From Alkalilimnicola ehrlichii MLHE-1 (GTDB taxonomy: Bacteria; Pseudomonadota; Gammaproteobacteria; Nitrococcales; Halorhodospiraceae): 32,000 nt of DNA. Position 1 is the first letter of the stretch. Every line of letters starts with the position of its first letter. The DNA is taken from positions 1,830,001-1,862,000 of the forward strand of contig NC_008340.1 of assembly GCF_000014785.1 (NCBI RefSeq), given 5' to 3'. Shown here one piece after another: positions 1 through 7,767 of the stretch. Both the position numbers and the translations under genes were made by a program. Below the pieces are notes generated by a model that was given only the letters and a program-made list of their open reading frames with translations, was not told where the DNA came from and did not search any database.

Positions 1-734
1 CGGCGCAGGTCCGCAAGGATCGCCGCCAGCCCCTCCGGCGCGAGCGCCTCCAGGGCATCGAGTAGCGCCTCCAGGCCGTAGAGCGGCGGGTCGAAACCCT
101 CCTCGGCCGGGGTGAAGTCCACGGCCACCACCGCCACCGGCCCCCGGCCGGGCAGGGCCTGAAAGGCGCGGGCCTGCTCGTACCGGCACCGCTGTAGGTC
201 CTCCAGACCGGGCGTCCGATCCAGCGCCGGGTAGGGTGGGTGATCGCGGCCGGCGGGATAGCCCTCATGGAGGCAGGTCTGGACCAGTAGCACCGGCCAG
301 TCGGGGTGGGCACGGCGCACCTGACGCAGAGGCTCGAGCACCGCTTCCTGCTGCAGGTCCATGGCGCGCGCAACGGCCAGAACCACGTGGGCCTGGCCGC
401 TGAGGGCGGCGAGGTCCTCGGCCGGATCATAGTCGGCCTCGCCCAGGCCCCGGCTATCGAGAAACCGCAGCAGCGGGGCATCGGGGGGGAAGTCGTAAAC
501 CCGGGCCGAGCGGGTACAGCTTTGGAAGCCGGTGCCCACCGTGGCCGCCGGATCGCCGGTGAGGGCGCGCACCAGAGAGGTCTTTCCCGATTGCACCTTC
601 CCCACCAGCCAGAGCACGGGCGCCGCCTCCCGCGCCTTCCGGGCCAGCTCCGCCTGGTCCACCCCGACCCGCTCCGGGCGCAGCGCGGCATCGATCAGGC
701 GCTGCCAGGCGCGGGCAAGGCGGGGGCCGGTCAC
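1..734 (-). CDS. P-loop small GTPase (MMR_HSR1/YfjP-like), 3' end beyond window edge
   Basis: Absent from the ORF track because it runs off the window. My own translation of the reverse strand is open from 734 to 1 (244 codons, no stop): VTGPRLARAWQRLIDAAL...APVLWLVGKVQSGKTSLVRALTG...RFLDSRGLGEADYD... It has a Walker A/G1 motif GxxxxGKT/S (576..602) and a DxxG G3 motif. The GTG start at 734..732 overlaps the TGA of the upstream gene (GTGA). Confidence 0.6.
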   Translation of the reverse strand, partial: MTGPRLARAWQRLIDAALRPERVGVDQAELARKAREAAPVLWLVGKVQSGKTSLVRALTGDPAATVGTGFQSCTRSARVYDFPPDAPLLRFLDSRGLGEADYDPAEDLAALSGQAHVVLAVARAMDLQQEAVLEPLRQVRRAHPDWPVLLVQTCLHEGYPAGRDHPPYPALDRTPGLEDLQRCRYEQARAFQALPGRGPVAVVAVDFTPAEEGFDPPLYGLEALLDALEALAPEGLAAILADLR

Positions 735-3394
735 GACCGCGGGGATCCCGGCTCCAGCGCCGCCACTTCGTCGTGGATCAGCCGGGCAATGGCGTGCTCG
801 TCATCGCCCAGGGCCTTCAGGCGCTCGGCGCTGATCGGTTCGCCCACCACCACCGTGGCACGGCCGAATCGGGGCAGCCGGCGCCCCTTGGGCATGAGCT
901 CACGGGTGCCCTCGACCCAGACCGGCACCACGGGGACCGGCCAGGCGCGCAAGAGCAGGCCGACACCGGGCTGGAAGGGCTGCAGGCGGCCATCTGGTGA
1001 GCGCGCGCCCTCGGGGAACCAGACCAGGCTGTCCTGCCGCTGCAGGGTCATGGCCGCCAGGGCCAGGCTGCGCCGTGGCGCGGAGGCCGGATCCACCGGC
1101 AGGACACCCGCCGCGCGGCTGAACCAGCGACTGACCGGCCCTTGGAACAGCAGCCCGGTCCAGCCGGCCCAGCGTAGGTGCAGCATGCGGCGCAGCCCAA
1201 CGGCGTGGGACAGCACCACCGGGTCGAGCACGCTCAGGTGACGCGGGGCGATCAGCACCGGGCCATCGTCCGGCAGCCGCCCGCGCACCTCCACCCGCAC
1301 CCACACACGGGTGAAGAGCGAGGCCAGCGCCCAGAGCAGTCGGGCCGAGACGGCGCTCAGGGCACTGCGCGGCTCGAGCCAGCGCTGCAGATCCTCGGGT
1401 ACATTCGACTCGGGGCGGCGCAATTCCGCCACCAGGTCGCCGGCCCCCTCGGCCGTGCCCTCGCTCTGCCCCGCCCCGGCGGCCTCGCGGAGCAGATCGC
1501 GGACGGTCTCGATGCGCCCGATGGCGTCGTCATCGAACTCGACACCAACCCGGTCGCGCAGGGTCAGGCTGAGGTTGACCCAGGCCAGTGAGTCCAGCCC
1601 CAGGTCCAGGGACAGGCTGGTGTCCGGTGTCAGGCGAAAGTCCGGGTATTTTTCGACCAGGTACTCCCAGGTGGCCTCCGCCGACGGGTCGGTGAGCAGT
1701 TGCTGGTCCTCCGGCGCCATGGACTCCCGGGGGATGGGCTCGGCCTTGGCGGCACTGACCCCGCCCTGTTCCGCCAGGCGGTCGTACAGGTGCTGCAGTT
1801 CGTGGCGGCGAAGCTTGCCCAGCCGGGTCCGCGGCAGCGGGTCCACCGCCACCTGCAGCCGGCCCGGGCGGTGGTGGCTGGGCAGTGCACGGCCGGCCGC
1901 CTGCACCGCACTGATCAGCCGCTCGCGCAGGGCCTCGCCCTGGTGGGCCCGCAGCAGGGCCGGCTCCGGGACCGCCACGCCGACCAGTCGCCCGCCGGAC
2001 TCCAGCACGCCAACCTCACGCACCCCCTCAGCCTGGCTCAGTACGCCCTCCACCCGTTCCGGATCGATATTCTCGCCGCCGGGCAGGACGATCATGGCGG
2101 AACGCCGGCCCTGGAGGTAAAGGTAGCCGTCGCCGTCCAGCTCTCCCAGATCGCCGGTGCGGAACCAGCCGTCCTCCTGCAGCACCTCGCGGGTCTTGTC
2201 GGGACGGCGCCAGTAGCCGTGGAAGACGTTATCGCCCCGGGCCAGTACCTCACCGATCTCCCCCGGCGGGTCGATGGCCAACTCCACCCCCGGCAGGGCC
2301 ATTCCAGCGCTCTCCACGCGCAGCCGCTCAGGCGGGTTGTAGGTCAGGATCGGCGCCGTCTCGCTGAGACCGTAGCCGGTGGCCACCTCCCAGCCCAGGG
2401 CGCGGAGCTTTTCCGTCAGGGTGGGGTCCAGGGCGGCCCCACCGGAGACCACCATCCGCAGCGAGGGCGCCAGCCGCTGATGGAGGCTGCGAAACAGCCG
2501 TCGGCCCAGCCGCAAGCCCCACCGTTTTCGGGCCTGCATGGACAGCGCCAACATGCCGTGAAACAGCTTCTCGGCCACCGCGCCACGTCCGGCCACCCGG
2601 TCCTCCAACGCCGTCCACACCGCGTCGTAGAGCCGTGGCACCCCCAGCATGATGGTCGGCTGACCAAGCTGCAGGGCGCGGACGATCTGCGGCCCGACCA
2701 GCGAGAAGGGCAGGATCAGCGGCGCCCCCAGGCGCAGGGGGACCAGGATGCCGACCGTGAAGGGGTAGACATGGTGGAACGGCAGGGGCACCAGCACCCG
2801 GTCGTCGCTGCCGGCGACATTCTCCTGCACCAGGGACGAGACGTTGCTGGCCAGGTTCTTGTGGGTGAGCGGCACGCCTTTCGGCGCGCCGGTGGTGCCG
2901 GAGGTGTAGAACATGGTGGCCAGATCCTCCGGCGCCACATCGGGCACGATGGGCTCGTCGGCCCAGAGGCTCCGCCAGTGTTCGGGGGCACGCTCGTCAC
3001 CGTCCAGGCGGTAGAGGGTGGGCTCCGGGTCCACCTCCGCCCCGATAACCCGGTCCACCAGCGCCCCGGTGGTGAACACCCAACGGGGCTGGGCATCACG
3101 CAGGACGAAATGGAACTCCTTGAGCGGCATCTGGGTATCCAGGGGCACCACCACGCCGCCGGCCTGCATCACACCCAGGGCGGCGGCCACCCAGTCCACG
3201 CTGTTGTGCGCCACCAGGGCGATCCGGTCACCCTTGTCCAGGCCCGCCGACACCAGGCCGGCGGCAAGCCGGCCAGCCCGTTCCAGCAGCTCGCCCCGGC
3301 TGCACTCCTCCGCCCCGTCGCGAGTTATGGCCACCGCCGCCACCCCGTCGGGCGGGCGGGCGCTGAGCAACTCGGGGACTGTGGCTGCGGTCAT
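731..3394 (-). CDS. Tri-domain fusion: acyl-AMP/CoA ligase + acyl carrier (PP-binding) domain + PlsC/LPLAT-type acyltransferase
   Basis: 887-aa ORF. Adenylate-forming motifs are YTSGTTGAPKG, GYGLSET, WFRTGD and LGKLRR. The central carrier domain has the phosphopantetheine attachment motif LGLDSLAW. The C-terminal acyltransferase has HX4D (PRHLSVLD) and FPEGARS. The ATG is at 3394..3392. Confidence 0.85.
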   Translation of the reverse strand: MTAATVPELLSARPPDGVAAVAITRDGAEECSRGELLERAGRLAAGLVSAGLDKGDRIALVAHNSVDWVAAALGVMQAGGVVVPLDTQMPLKEFHFVLRDAQPRWVFTTGALVDRVIGAEVDPEPTLYRLDGDERAPEHWRSLWADEPIVPDVAPEDLATMFYTSGTTGAPKGVPLTHKNLASNVSSLVQENVAGSDDRVLVPLPFHHVYPFTVGILVPLRLGAPLILPFSLVGPQIVRALQLGQPTIMLGVPRLYDAVWTALEDRVAGRGAVAEKLFHGMLALSMQARKRWGLRLGRRLFRSLHQRLAPSLRMVVSGGAALDPTLTEKLRALGWEVATGYGLSETAPILTYNPPERLRVESAGMALPGVELAIDPPGEIGEVLARGDNVFHGYWRRPDKTREVLQEDGWFRTGDLGELDGDGYLYLQGRRSAMIVLPGGENIDPERVEGVLSQAEGVREVGVLESGGRLVGVAVPEPALLRAHQGEALRERLISAVQAAGRALPSHHRPGRLQVAVDPLPRTRLGKLRRHELQHLYDRLAEQGGVSAAKAEPIPRESMAPEDQQLLTDPSAEATWEYLVEKYPDFRLTPDTSLSLDLGLDSLAWVNLSLTLRDRVGVEFDDDAIGRIETVRDLLREAAGAGQSEGTAEGAGDLVAELRRPESNVPEDLQRWLEPRSALSAVSARLLWALASLFTRVWVRVEVRGRLPDDGPVLIAPRHLSVLDPVVLSHAVGLRRMLHLRWAGWTGLLFQGPVSRWFSRAAGVLPVDPASAPRRSLALAAMTLQRQDSLVWFPEGARSPDGRLQPFQPGVGLLLRAWPVPVVPVWVEGTRELMPKGRRLPRFGRATVVVGEPISAERLKALGDDEHAIARLIHDEVAALEPGSPRS

Positions 3395-3433
3395 CGCTAC
3401 CTCCGTGGGGCGCGGATGAGGGCGGCATCTCTG

Positions 3434-3559
3434 TCAGTCGTCATCCCGCCAGCCAAAGAACAGGGTCTTGATGGCATAACCCAGCATCACCAGCAGCAGG
3501 ATCACCAGCGGCGCCAGGATGAATATCACGCCGTCACCGAGCACTTCAAAGAGGGGCAT
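3434..3559 (-). CDS. 41-aa hydrophobic micropeptide (single TM helix), hypothetical
   Basis: Too short for the ORF track. My translation is MPLFEVLGDGVIFILAPLVILLLVMLGYAIKTLFFGWRDDD*. A GGGAG Shine-Dalgarno lies about 6 nt upstream of the ATG. G/C-ending codons dominate as in neighbouring genes. It ends 39 nt upstream of the ligase gene on the same strand. Confidence 0.4.
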   Translation of the reverse strand: MPLFEVLGDGVIFILAPLVILLLVMLGYAIKTLFFGWRDDD

Positions 3560-3614
3560 AGTCGCTCCCGATTCCAGACATGGACGTCCATAATATCATT
3601 CGAGGAGGCGCACC

Positions 3615-4361
3615 ATGCTGGTATTGCTCGAGTACCTGATCATTACTTTCGTCGCGGTCTTCGTGATCGTCAACCCGTTGACGACCTCGTTCGTCTTCAT
3701 GGCGTTACTGCCCACCGCCTCGGCGCGACGGCGCCGGACCATCGCCCGGCGCGCCACCGTCATCGCCACCGCCCTGTTTTTTCTCTTCGCCACCCTGGGT
3801 GGGCTGATCTTCCAGATCTTCGGCATCACCCTGGCCGCCTTCCGCATCGCCGGCGGGCTCATCCTGTTCGGGGTGGCCATGGCGATGATCCGCCAGACCC
3901 TGCCCTCGGAGGCCGAAACGGCGGAACAGGCACGCAACGACGAAGGGCGGATCACCGATGACATCTCGGTTATCCCGCTGGCCATCCCCTTTATCAGCGG
4001 GCCTGGGGCCATCGCCACGGTCATGATCCTGACCAGTGAGGCCCCCACGCTCTACCACTTGGCGCTGGTCTACCTGGCGGTATTAAGCTGCACGGTCACC
4101 TGCTACTTCGCGATGATTTACTCGCGCCATATCGTCCGCTTTCTCGGCGATACCGGGAAGGAGATCCTGACCAAGATCTTCGGACTGATCCTGGCGGTCC
4201 TGGCCATCCAGTTCGTGATTAATGGCGTGAGCGACGCCGTCACCGGCTACATGCTCGATTACAATCTGCTGGACGGCAGCCAGGTCGAGGACCCGCGGGC
4301 GATCGAGCGCCGGGATCTGCGCGATGAACGCGGCCCGGGCCCCGGGGAGGGCCGCGAATAG
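3615..4361 (+). CDS. MarC-family (UPF0056) integral membrane protein
   Basis: 248 aa and multi-TM. The N-terminus FVAVFVIVNPLTTSFVFMAL and the internal ISVIPLAIPFISGPGAI are typical of the MarC family. GGAGG lies 6 nt upstream of the ATG. The hydrophilic C-terminal tail of about 40 aa is longer than usual. Confidence 0.8.
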   Translation: MLVLLEYLIITFVAVFVIVNPLTTSFVFMALLPTASARRRRTIARRATVIATALFFLFATLGGLIFQIFGITLAAFRIAGGLILFGVAMAMIRQTLPSEAETAEQARNDEGRITDDISVIPLAIPFISGPGAIATVMILTSEAPTLYHLALVYLAVLSCTVTCYFAMIYSRHIVRFLGDTGKEILTKIFGLILAVLAIQFVINGVSDAVTGYMLDYNLLDGSQVEDPRAIERRDLRDERGPGPGEGRE

Positions 4362-4367
4362 CCGGCC

Positions 4368-4586
4368 TCAGGCAGGCTGTAGCAACAACTCGAACTGCCG
4401 CGTGCAGGCGTCCCAGCCGAAGCTCAGAGCCGCCCGCCGGACCTCCCCGCGATCCAGCCGCAATGCGCACAGCGCCGCCGCGCGCAGATCGCAGTCCAGC
4501 ACCCCGGTCACCCCTGGGGCGACGACATCCACCGGGCCGGTCACCGGGAAGGTGGCCACGGGCAGACCAAACGTCAATGCCCGCAC
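4368..4586 (-). pseudogene. 3'-terminal remnant of a family-1 (GT-B) glycosyltransferase gene
   Basis: The 72-aa product ...TFGLPVATFPVTGPVDVVAPGVTGVLDCDLRAAALCAL...ALSFGWDACTRQFELLL matches only the last ~70 residues of GT1 enzymes (typical ...G.PV.A.PV.G..DV...G..G.L...). No upstream reading frame supplies the ~300 missing N-terminal residues. Confidence 0.45.
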
Positions 4587-4993
4587 CCCGCCCCCTCGCC
4601 CGATTCGACAGCGTGGAGATCCTGCTCTGCCGGACGCTCAACCAGTCGACCCGCCACCAGACCATTCGACGGTTCTTTGCCGGGGTGAGCAGGCTGGGTG
4701 ATGGCCCCGTCTGGTACACGCTCATGGGCGCGTTGGTGCTTAACCCGGGTTGGAAGGGAGCGGTGGCCTCGCTGCAGATGGGGCTCACCGCCCTGGTGGG
4801 GATCGCCCTGGCCTGGTTACCCGGCCTCAGCCCGCTCCTGCTTCCGCTCGTCCTGTTGATCGCCCTGTCACGGGTGGTCCTGGGGCTGCACTATCCGTCC
4901 GACGGGCTGGTCGGGGGGATCATCGGTTACGGGCTGGCCCGCCTCTCGCTCTGGCTCTATCCGGCCGCGACACCGCTACAGATGGCGTCTTAG
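4577..4993 (+). CDS. PAP2-superfamily membrane protein, internally shortened; probably inactive or a pseudogene
   Basis: It retains the family N-terminus (FFAGVSRLGDGPVWYTLM) and the C3 motif (SRVVLGLHYPSD). The segment that normally carries the C1 (KxxxxxxRP) and C2 (PSGH) motifs is missing between ...LTALVGIALAW and LPGLSPLLLPLVLL... I prefer the ATG at 4577; the ORF-track start at 4463 adds an Arg/Pro-rich junk extension. Confidence 0.5.
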   Translation: MPAPRPLARFDSVEILLCRTLNQSTRHQTIRRFFAGVSRLGDGPVWYTLMGALVLNPGWKGAVASLQMGLTALVGIALAWLPGLSPLLLPLVLLIALSRVVLGLHYPSDGLVGGIIGYGLARLSLWLYPAATPLQMAS

Positions 4994-5530
4994 AAAATCG
5001 GCCACGGCCTCCGGGTCGTTCAGCGGCAGGGTGATGTGGCCCGGCGCTACCGCGGCCGGCTCATCGGTGGCCACGGCGATGATGGCCGGGTCGTCCGGGT
5101 GCAGGGGCCGTTCACTGAACCGCGGTCGGTAGACCTCGATCTTGGGGAAGCGCTCGTGGCGAAAGCCCTCCACCACGATCAGGTCGAGCCGGCTCTGGTC
5201 CAGCCGCGCCAGCTCCTCGCTCAGCAGCGGGTCGGATTGCGTCGCCGGCCGTTCCACCATCAGGGCGAAGCGCCGCCCGGAGGTCAGCAGGACCTGCCCG
5301 GCACCGGCCTCGCGCAGGCGGTAGCTGTCCTTACCCGGCTTGTCCACGTCGAAACGATGGTGGGCATGCTTGACCAGGCCCACCCGCAGCCCGGTCGCCG
5401 ACAGCGAGCGGATCACGCCCTCCAGCAGGGTGGTCTTGCCGGCGCCGCTCCACCCGGCGACACCCACCACCGGAATCCGGGCGCCGTCGGGCCAAAGCGG
5501 GCCCCAGGGGTGGTCAGGGGATAATCTCAT
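4976..5530 (-). CDS. mobB: Molybdopterin-guanine dinucleotide biosynthesis adapter protein MobB
   Basis: 184 aa. The sequence VVGVAGWSGAGKTTLLEGVIRSL...GLRVGLVKHAHHRFDVDKPGKDSYRLREAGA is a textbook MobB P-loop plus signature. The start lies 3 nt after the stop of the upstream gene. Confidence 0.9.
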   Translation of the reverse strand: MRLSPDHPWGPLWPDGARIPVVGVAGWSGAGKTTLLEGVIRSLSATGLRVGLVKHAHHRFDVDKPGKDSYRLREAGAGQVLLTSGRRFALMVERPATQSDPLLSEELARLDQSRLDLIVVEGFRHERFPKIEVYRPRFSERPLHPDDPAIIAVATDEPAAVAPGHITLPLNDPEAVADFLRRHL

Positions 5531-5533
5531 GCG

Positions 5534-6607
5534 TCAGTCATCCTCGAATGGCGGGGTCAACAGTGCTCGCCAGGCCGGTTCCAGGCGCGGCGCCAGCCAG
5601 CCGGAGACATCCGGTGCCGGCGGGGGGCCATCACGAAGCCAGCCATACAGGCGTTCCACCAGGGCCCGGTGGTCACCGCCCGGGTAACGGTGCGCGGGCG
5701 GATACTGCTCCGGGTAGCAGAGCGCGTCAGGGGCCAACGGGCAGGCCCCGGCGCTTACCGCCTCCAACATGGCCAGCCCCTGAAACTCATGCTCCGCGGT
5801 ACTGACCACCACCCCGGCCCGGGCCAGCAGGTGACGGTATTCTGCCCGATCCACCCGACCATCGGCCACGATACGTTCAGGCAATGCCTGGCGCAGCCGG
5901 CGCAGGGGTTCCGGTGCCGGCTCCGGCCGCGCGCCCAGCAGGGCCAGGCGGAAGTCGGCACCGCGGCGATGCAACGCCAGCATGGCATCCGCGAACAGAT
6001 CCGGTCGCTTGTCGTATTCCCACCGGTGGTTCCAAAGGATCAGGCGCGGGTCCCGCTGCCCGGGGGGCAGCGGCTCCACCGGCACCGGCAGGACCGCGGC
6101 CCGGGCTGCCAGGGCCTCCACGATGCCGCCGGGTACGGCATCCGGCATCTTACGCAACAGGGTCCGCACCCCCGACAGGAAGCTGTCCCGGTTGAACGCG
6201 GAGTTAAACAGCAGCCGCTGCGCGGCGAGGGCGCCGTAGAGTTGCACCATCTGCGGCTCAACGCTCTTCACCTGGCGGGGACTGACCGGGTAAGCGAACT
6301 GGTTCTCATGAAAATAGTAATAGGCCGGGACCCGCGCCAGGCGGGGGTTGAGCCCCCGCAGGGTGGCCAAATCCACCATCGACGTGGCCAGGATGAGGTC
6401 CGGTCGGTCTTCCGGCAGGCCGCCCAGCCAGGAGAGCGGATTGCCGCGGATCCGCCAGCGAAAGAAGCGCCCGGGCAGCTCCCGCCGTGCCCAGTCCACC
6501 CCACTCTGGCTGCGCACCAGCCCGTCGGCCCAGGCTCGATGGCTGTCGGCGCGATAGGCCGAGAGCAGCCAGACCCGTGGCCTCTCTGGCGCCTCCCCCG
6601 CCGTCAC
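5534..6607 (-). CDS. DUF3524 + GT1 glycosyltransferase, homologue of eukaryotic GTDC1 (tRNA-queuosine alpha-mannosyltransferase family)
   Basis: Motifs VWLLSAYRADSHRAW, YYYFHENQFAYPV, LLFNSAFNRDSFL, LILWNHRWEYDKRPDLF and VVVSTAEHEFQGLAMLEAVSAGACPL match the GTDC1/DUF3524 family as I recall it. I prefer the GTG at 6607..6605, which overlaps the upstream TGA (GTGA). The ORF-track start at 6655 would overlap the upstream gene by 52 nt. Confidence 0.8.
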   Translation of the reverse strand: MTAGEAPERPRVWLLSAYRADSHRAWADGLVRSQSGVDWARRELPGRFFRWRIRGNPLSWLGGLPEDRPDLILATSMVDLATLRGLNPRLARVPAYYYFHENQFAYPVSPRQVKSVEPQMVQLYGALAAQRLLFNSAFNRDSFLSGVRTLLRKMPDAVPGGIVEALAARAAVLPVPVEPLPPGQRDPRLILWNHRWEYDKRPDLFADAMLALHRRGADFRLALLGARPEPAPEPLRRLRQALPERIVADGRVDRAEYRHLLARAGVVVSTAEHEFQGLAMLEAVSAGACPLAPDALCYPEQYPPAHRYPGGDHRALVERLYGWLRDGPPPAPDVSGWLAPRLEPAWRALLTPPFEDD

Positions 6608-7380
6608 GCCGAGGCGGCGGGGTTGGCCTGCCGGCGCTCCCCGCACAGCGCCCACGCCGCAGCCAGCGCCCCGAACCGGGGCAATAACCGGCTGGCAGCC
6701 GGGGTGGCCCGGACCTCATGGAGCAGGCGGTCAGGGTCCTGATCCTCCATCTGCAACTGAGGGGTGACGAATTCGATGTAGCGCCGCATCACCTCGGGCG
6801 AGAACTCCGGATGGAACTGCACCCCCCAGGCCCGTGCCCCGATGCGAAAGGCGTGATGCGGTTCCACACCGCTGCGGGCGAGCACGACCGCACCACGGGG
6901 CAGATGCCGGACAAACTGGCGATGGACCACCTGTGCTGGAAAGGCCTGCGGCAGCGTTCGGAACAACGGATCGGCCCGCGCCGGTTCGGTGCGGTGCACC
7001 GTCGCCGTCCCGATCTCAATGCCACGCTCCCGGTAGTCGACGGCGCCGCCCATCGCCCGGGCCAGGAGTTGGTGGCCGTAGCAGATCCCCAATACCGGGA
7101 CCTCCCCCGCCACCAGCGCGCGCAACCACTGCTCGGCAGTGGGCAACCAGGGCTCACCCTCGGTCACCATGCCGTGGGACCCGGTGATGATCACCCCCGC
7201 CAGTCGGGTGGGCTCCGGCAGGCCGGCCTGCGCCCTCGGGTCCACCACCCGCACCGGCAGCTCCAACTCACCGAGACCGTGGCGGATCCAGTCCTCGAAA
7301 TTCCCCTCGTCCTCCGCCAATGCCGGAAAGGTGGAGCCGGCTTTGAGAATAATCAACGGCTTGTCGAGGTTATCGTCCAT
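6604..7380 (-). CDS. Class-I glutamine amidotransferase (GuaA-like GATase1 domain protein)
   Basis: 258 aa. The nucleophile elbow is VLGICYGHQLLARAMGG and the His/Glu pair lies in WGVQFHPEFSPE. The start is an ATG (MDDNLDKPLIILKAG...). Confidence 0.85.
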   Translation of the reverse strand: MDDNLDKPLIILKAGSTFPALAEDEGNFEDWIRHGLGELELPVRVVDPRAQAGLPEPTRLAGVIITGSHGMVTEGEPWLPTAEQWLRALVAGEVPVLGICYGHQLLARAMGGAVDYRERGIEIGTATVHRTEPARADPLFRTLPQAFPAQVVHRQFVRHLPRGAVVLARSGVEPHHAFRIGARAWGVQFHPEFSPEVMRRYIEFVTPQLQMEDQDPDRLLHEVRATPAASRLLPRFGALAAAWALCGERRQANPAASA

Positions 7381-7511
7381 GCACCACCACCCGAAGGTTC
7401 ACGTTGTCCCAGGCTGATCATAGAACAGCCAAAACCCGTATGCTGCGCACCGCTTATACCACGGCCCTTGACTGATAAGCTAGTGATCCACTGGGTTGAT
7501 ATCGGCGGATC

Positions 7512-7766
7512 ATGGCGAAGATTAAGATCGACCTGCACGACTGCTTCAACGACGGGCGCCGCATCGACCGGGCCCTGCACGACGCCATTGACCAGGCCTG
7601 CCGCAAAGGGATCAGGCAGGTGGAGATCATCCATGGCCGGGGCAGCGGGCAATTAAAGAAACGGGTGCTCAAATTCCTGGAGCAACCGGAGATCAAGGCC
7701 CGCTACCACCGCGTGGAGAAGGACACCAAGAACCCCGGTCGCCTCTTCGTCCATTTCCGGCACTGA
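7512..7766 (+). CDS. Stand-alone Smr (small MutS-related) domain protein
   Basis: 84 aa. IDLHDC (DxH motif) and VEIIHGRGSGQLKKRV (HGxG motif) are the two conserved Smr nuclease signatures. There is no N-terminal extension. Confidence 0.8.
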   Translation: MAKIKIDLHDCFNDGRRIDRALHDAIDQACRKGIRQVEIIHGRGSGQLKKRVLKFLEQPEIKARYHRVEKDTKNPGRLFVHFRH

Positions 7767-7767
7767 T

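Noticed and set aside
306-1241. 311-aa plus-strand ORF at the left edge
   Set aside because: It overlaps the GTPase and the 3' end of the ligase fusion on the opposite strand. The sequence is low-complexity, and the minus-strand frame has a P-loop and coupled start.
1700-3961. 753-aa plus-strand ORF overlapping the acyl ligase fusion gene and running into the MarC gene
   Set aside because: It is a shadow ORF of a GC-rich gene. The composition is junk-like (R/G/P/A/H/Q), it crosses a well-supported divergent intergenic region, and it has no SD or motif support.
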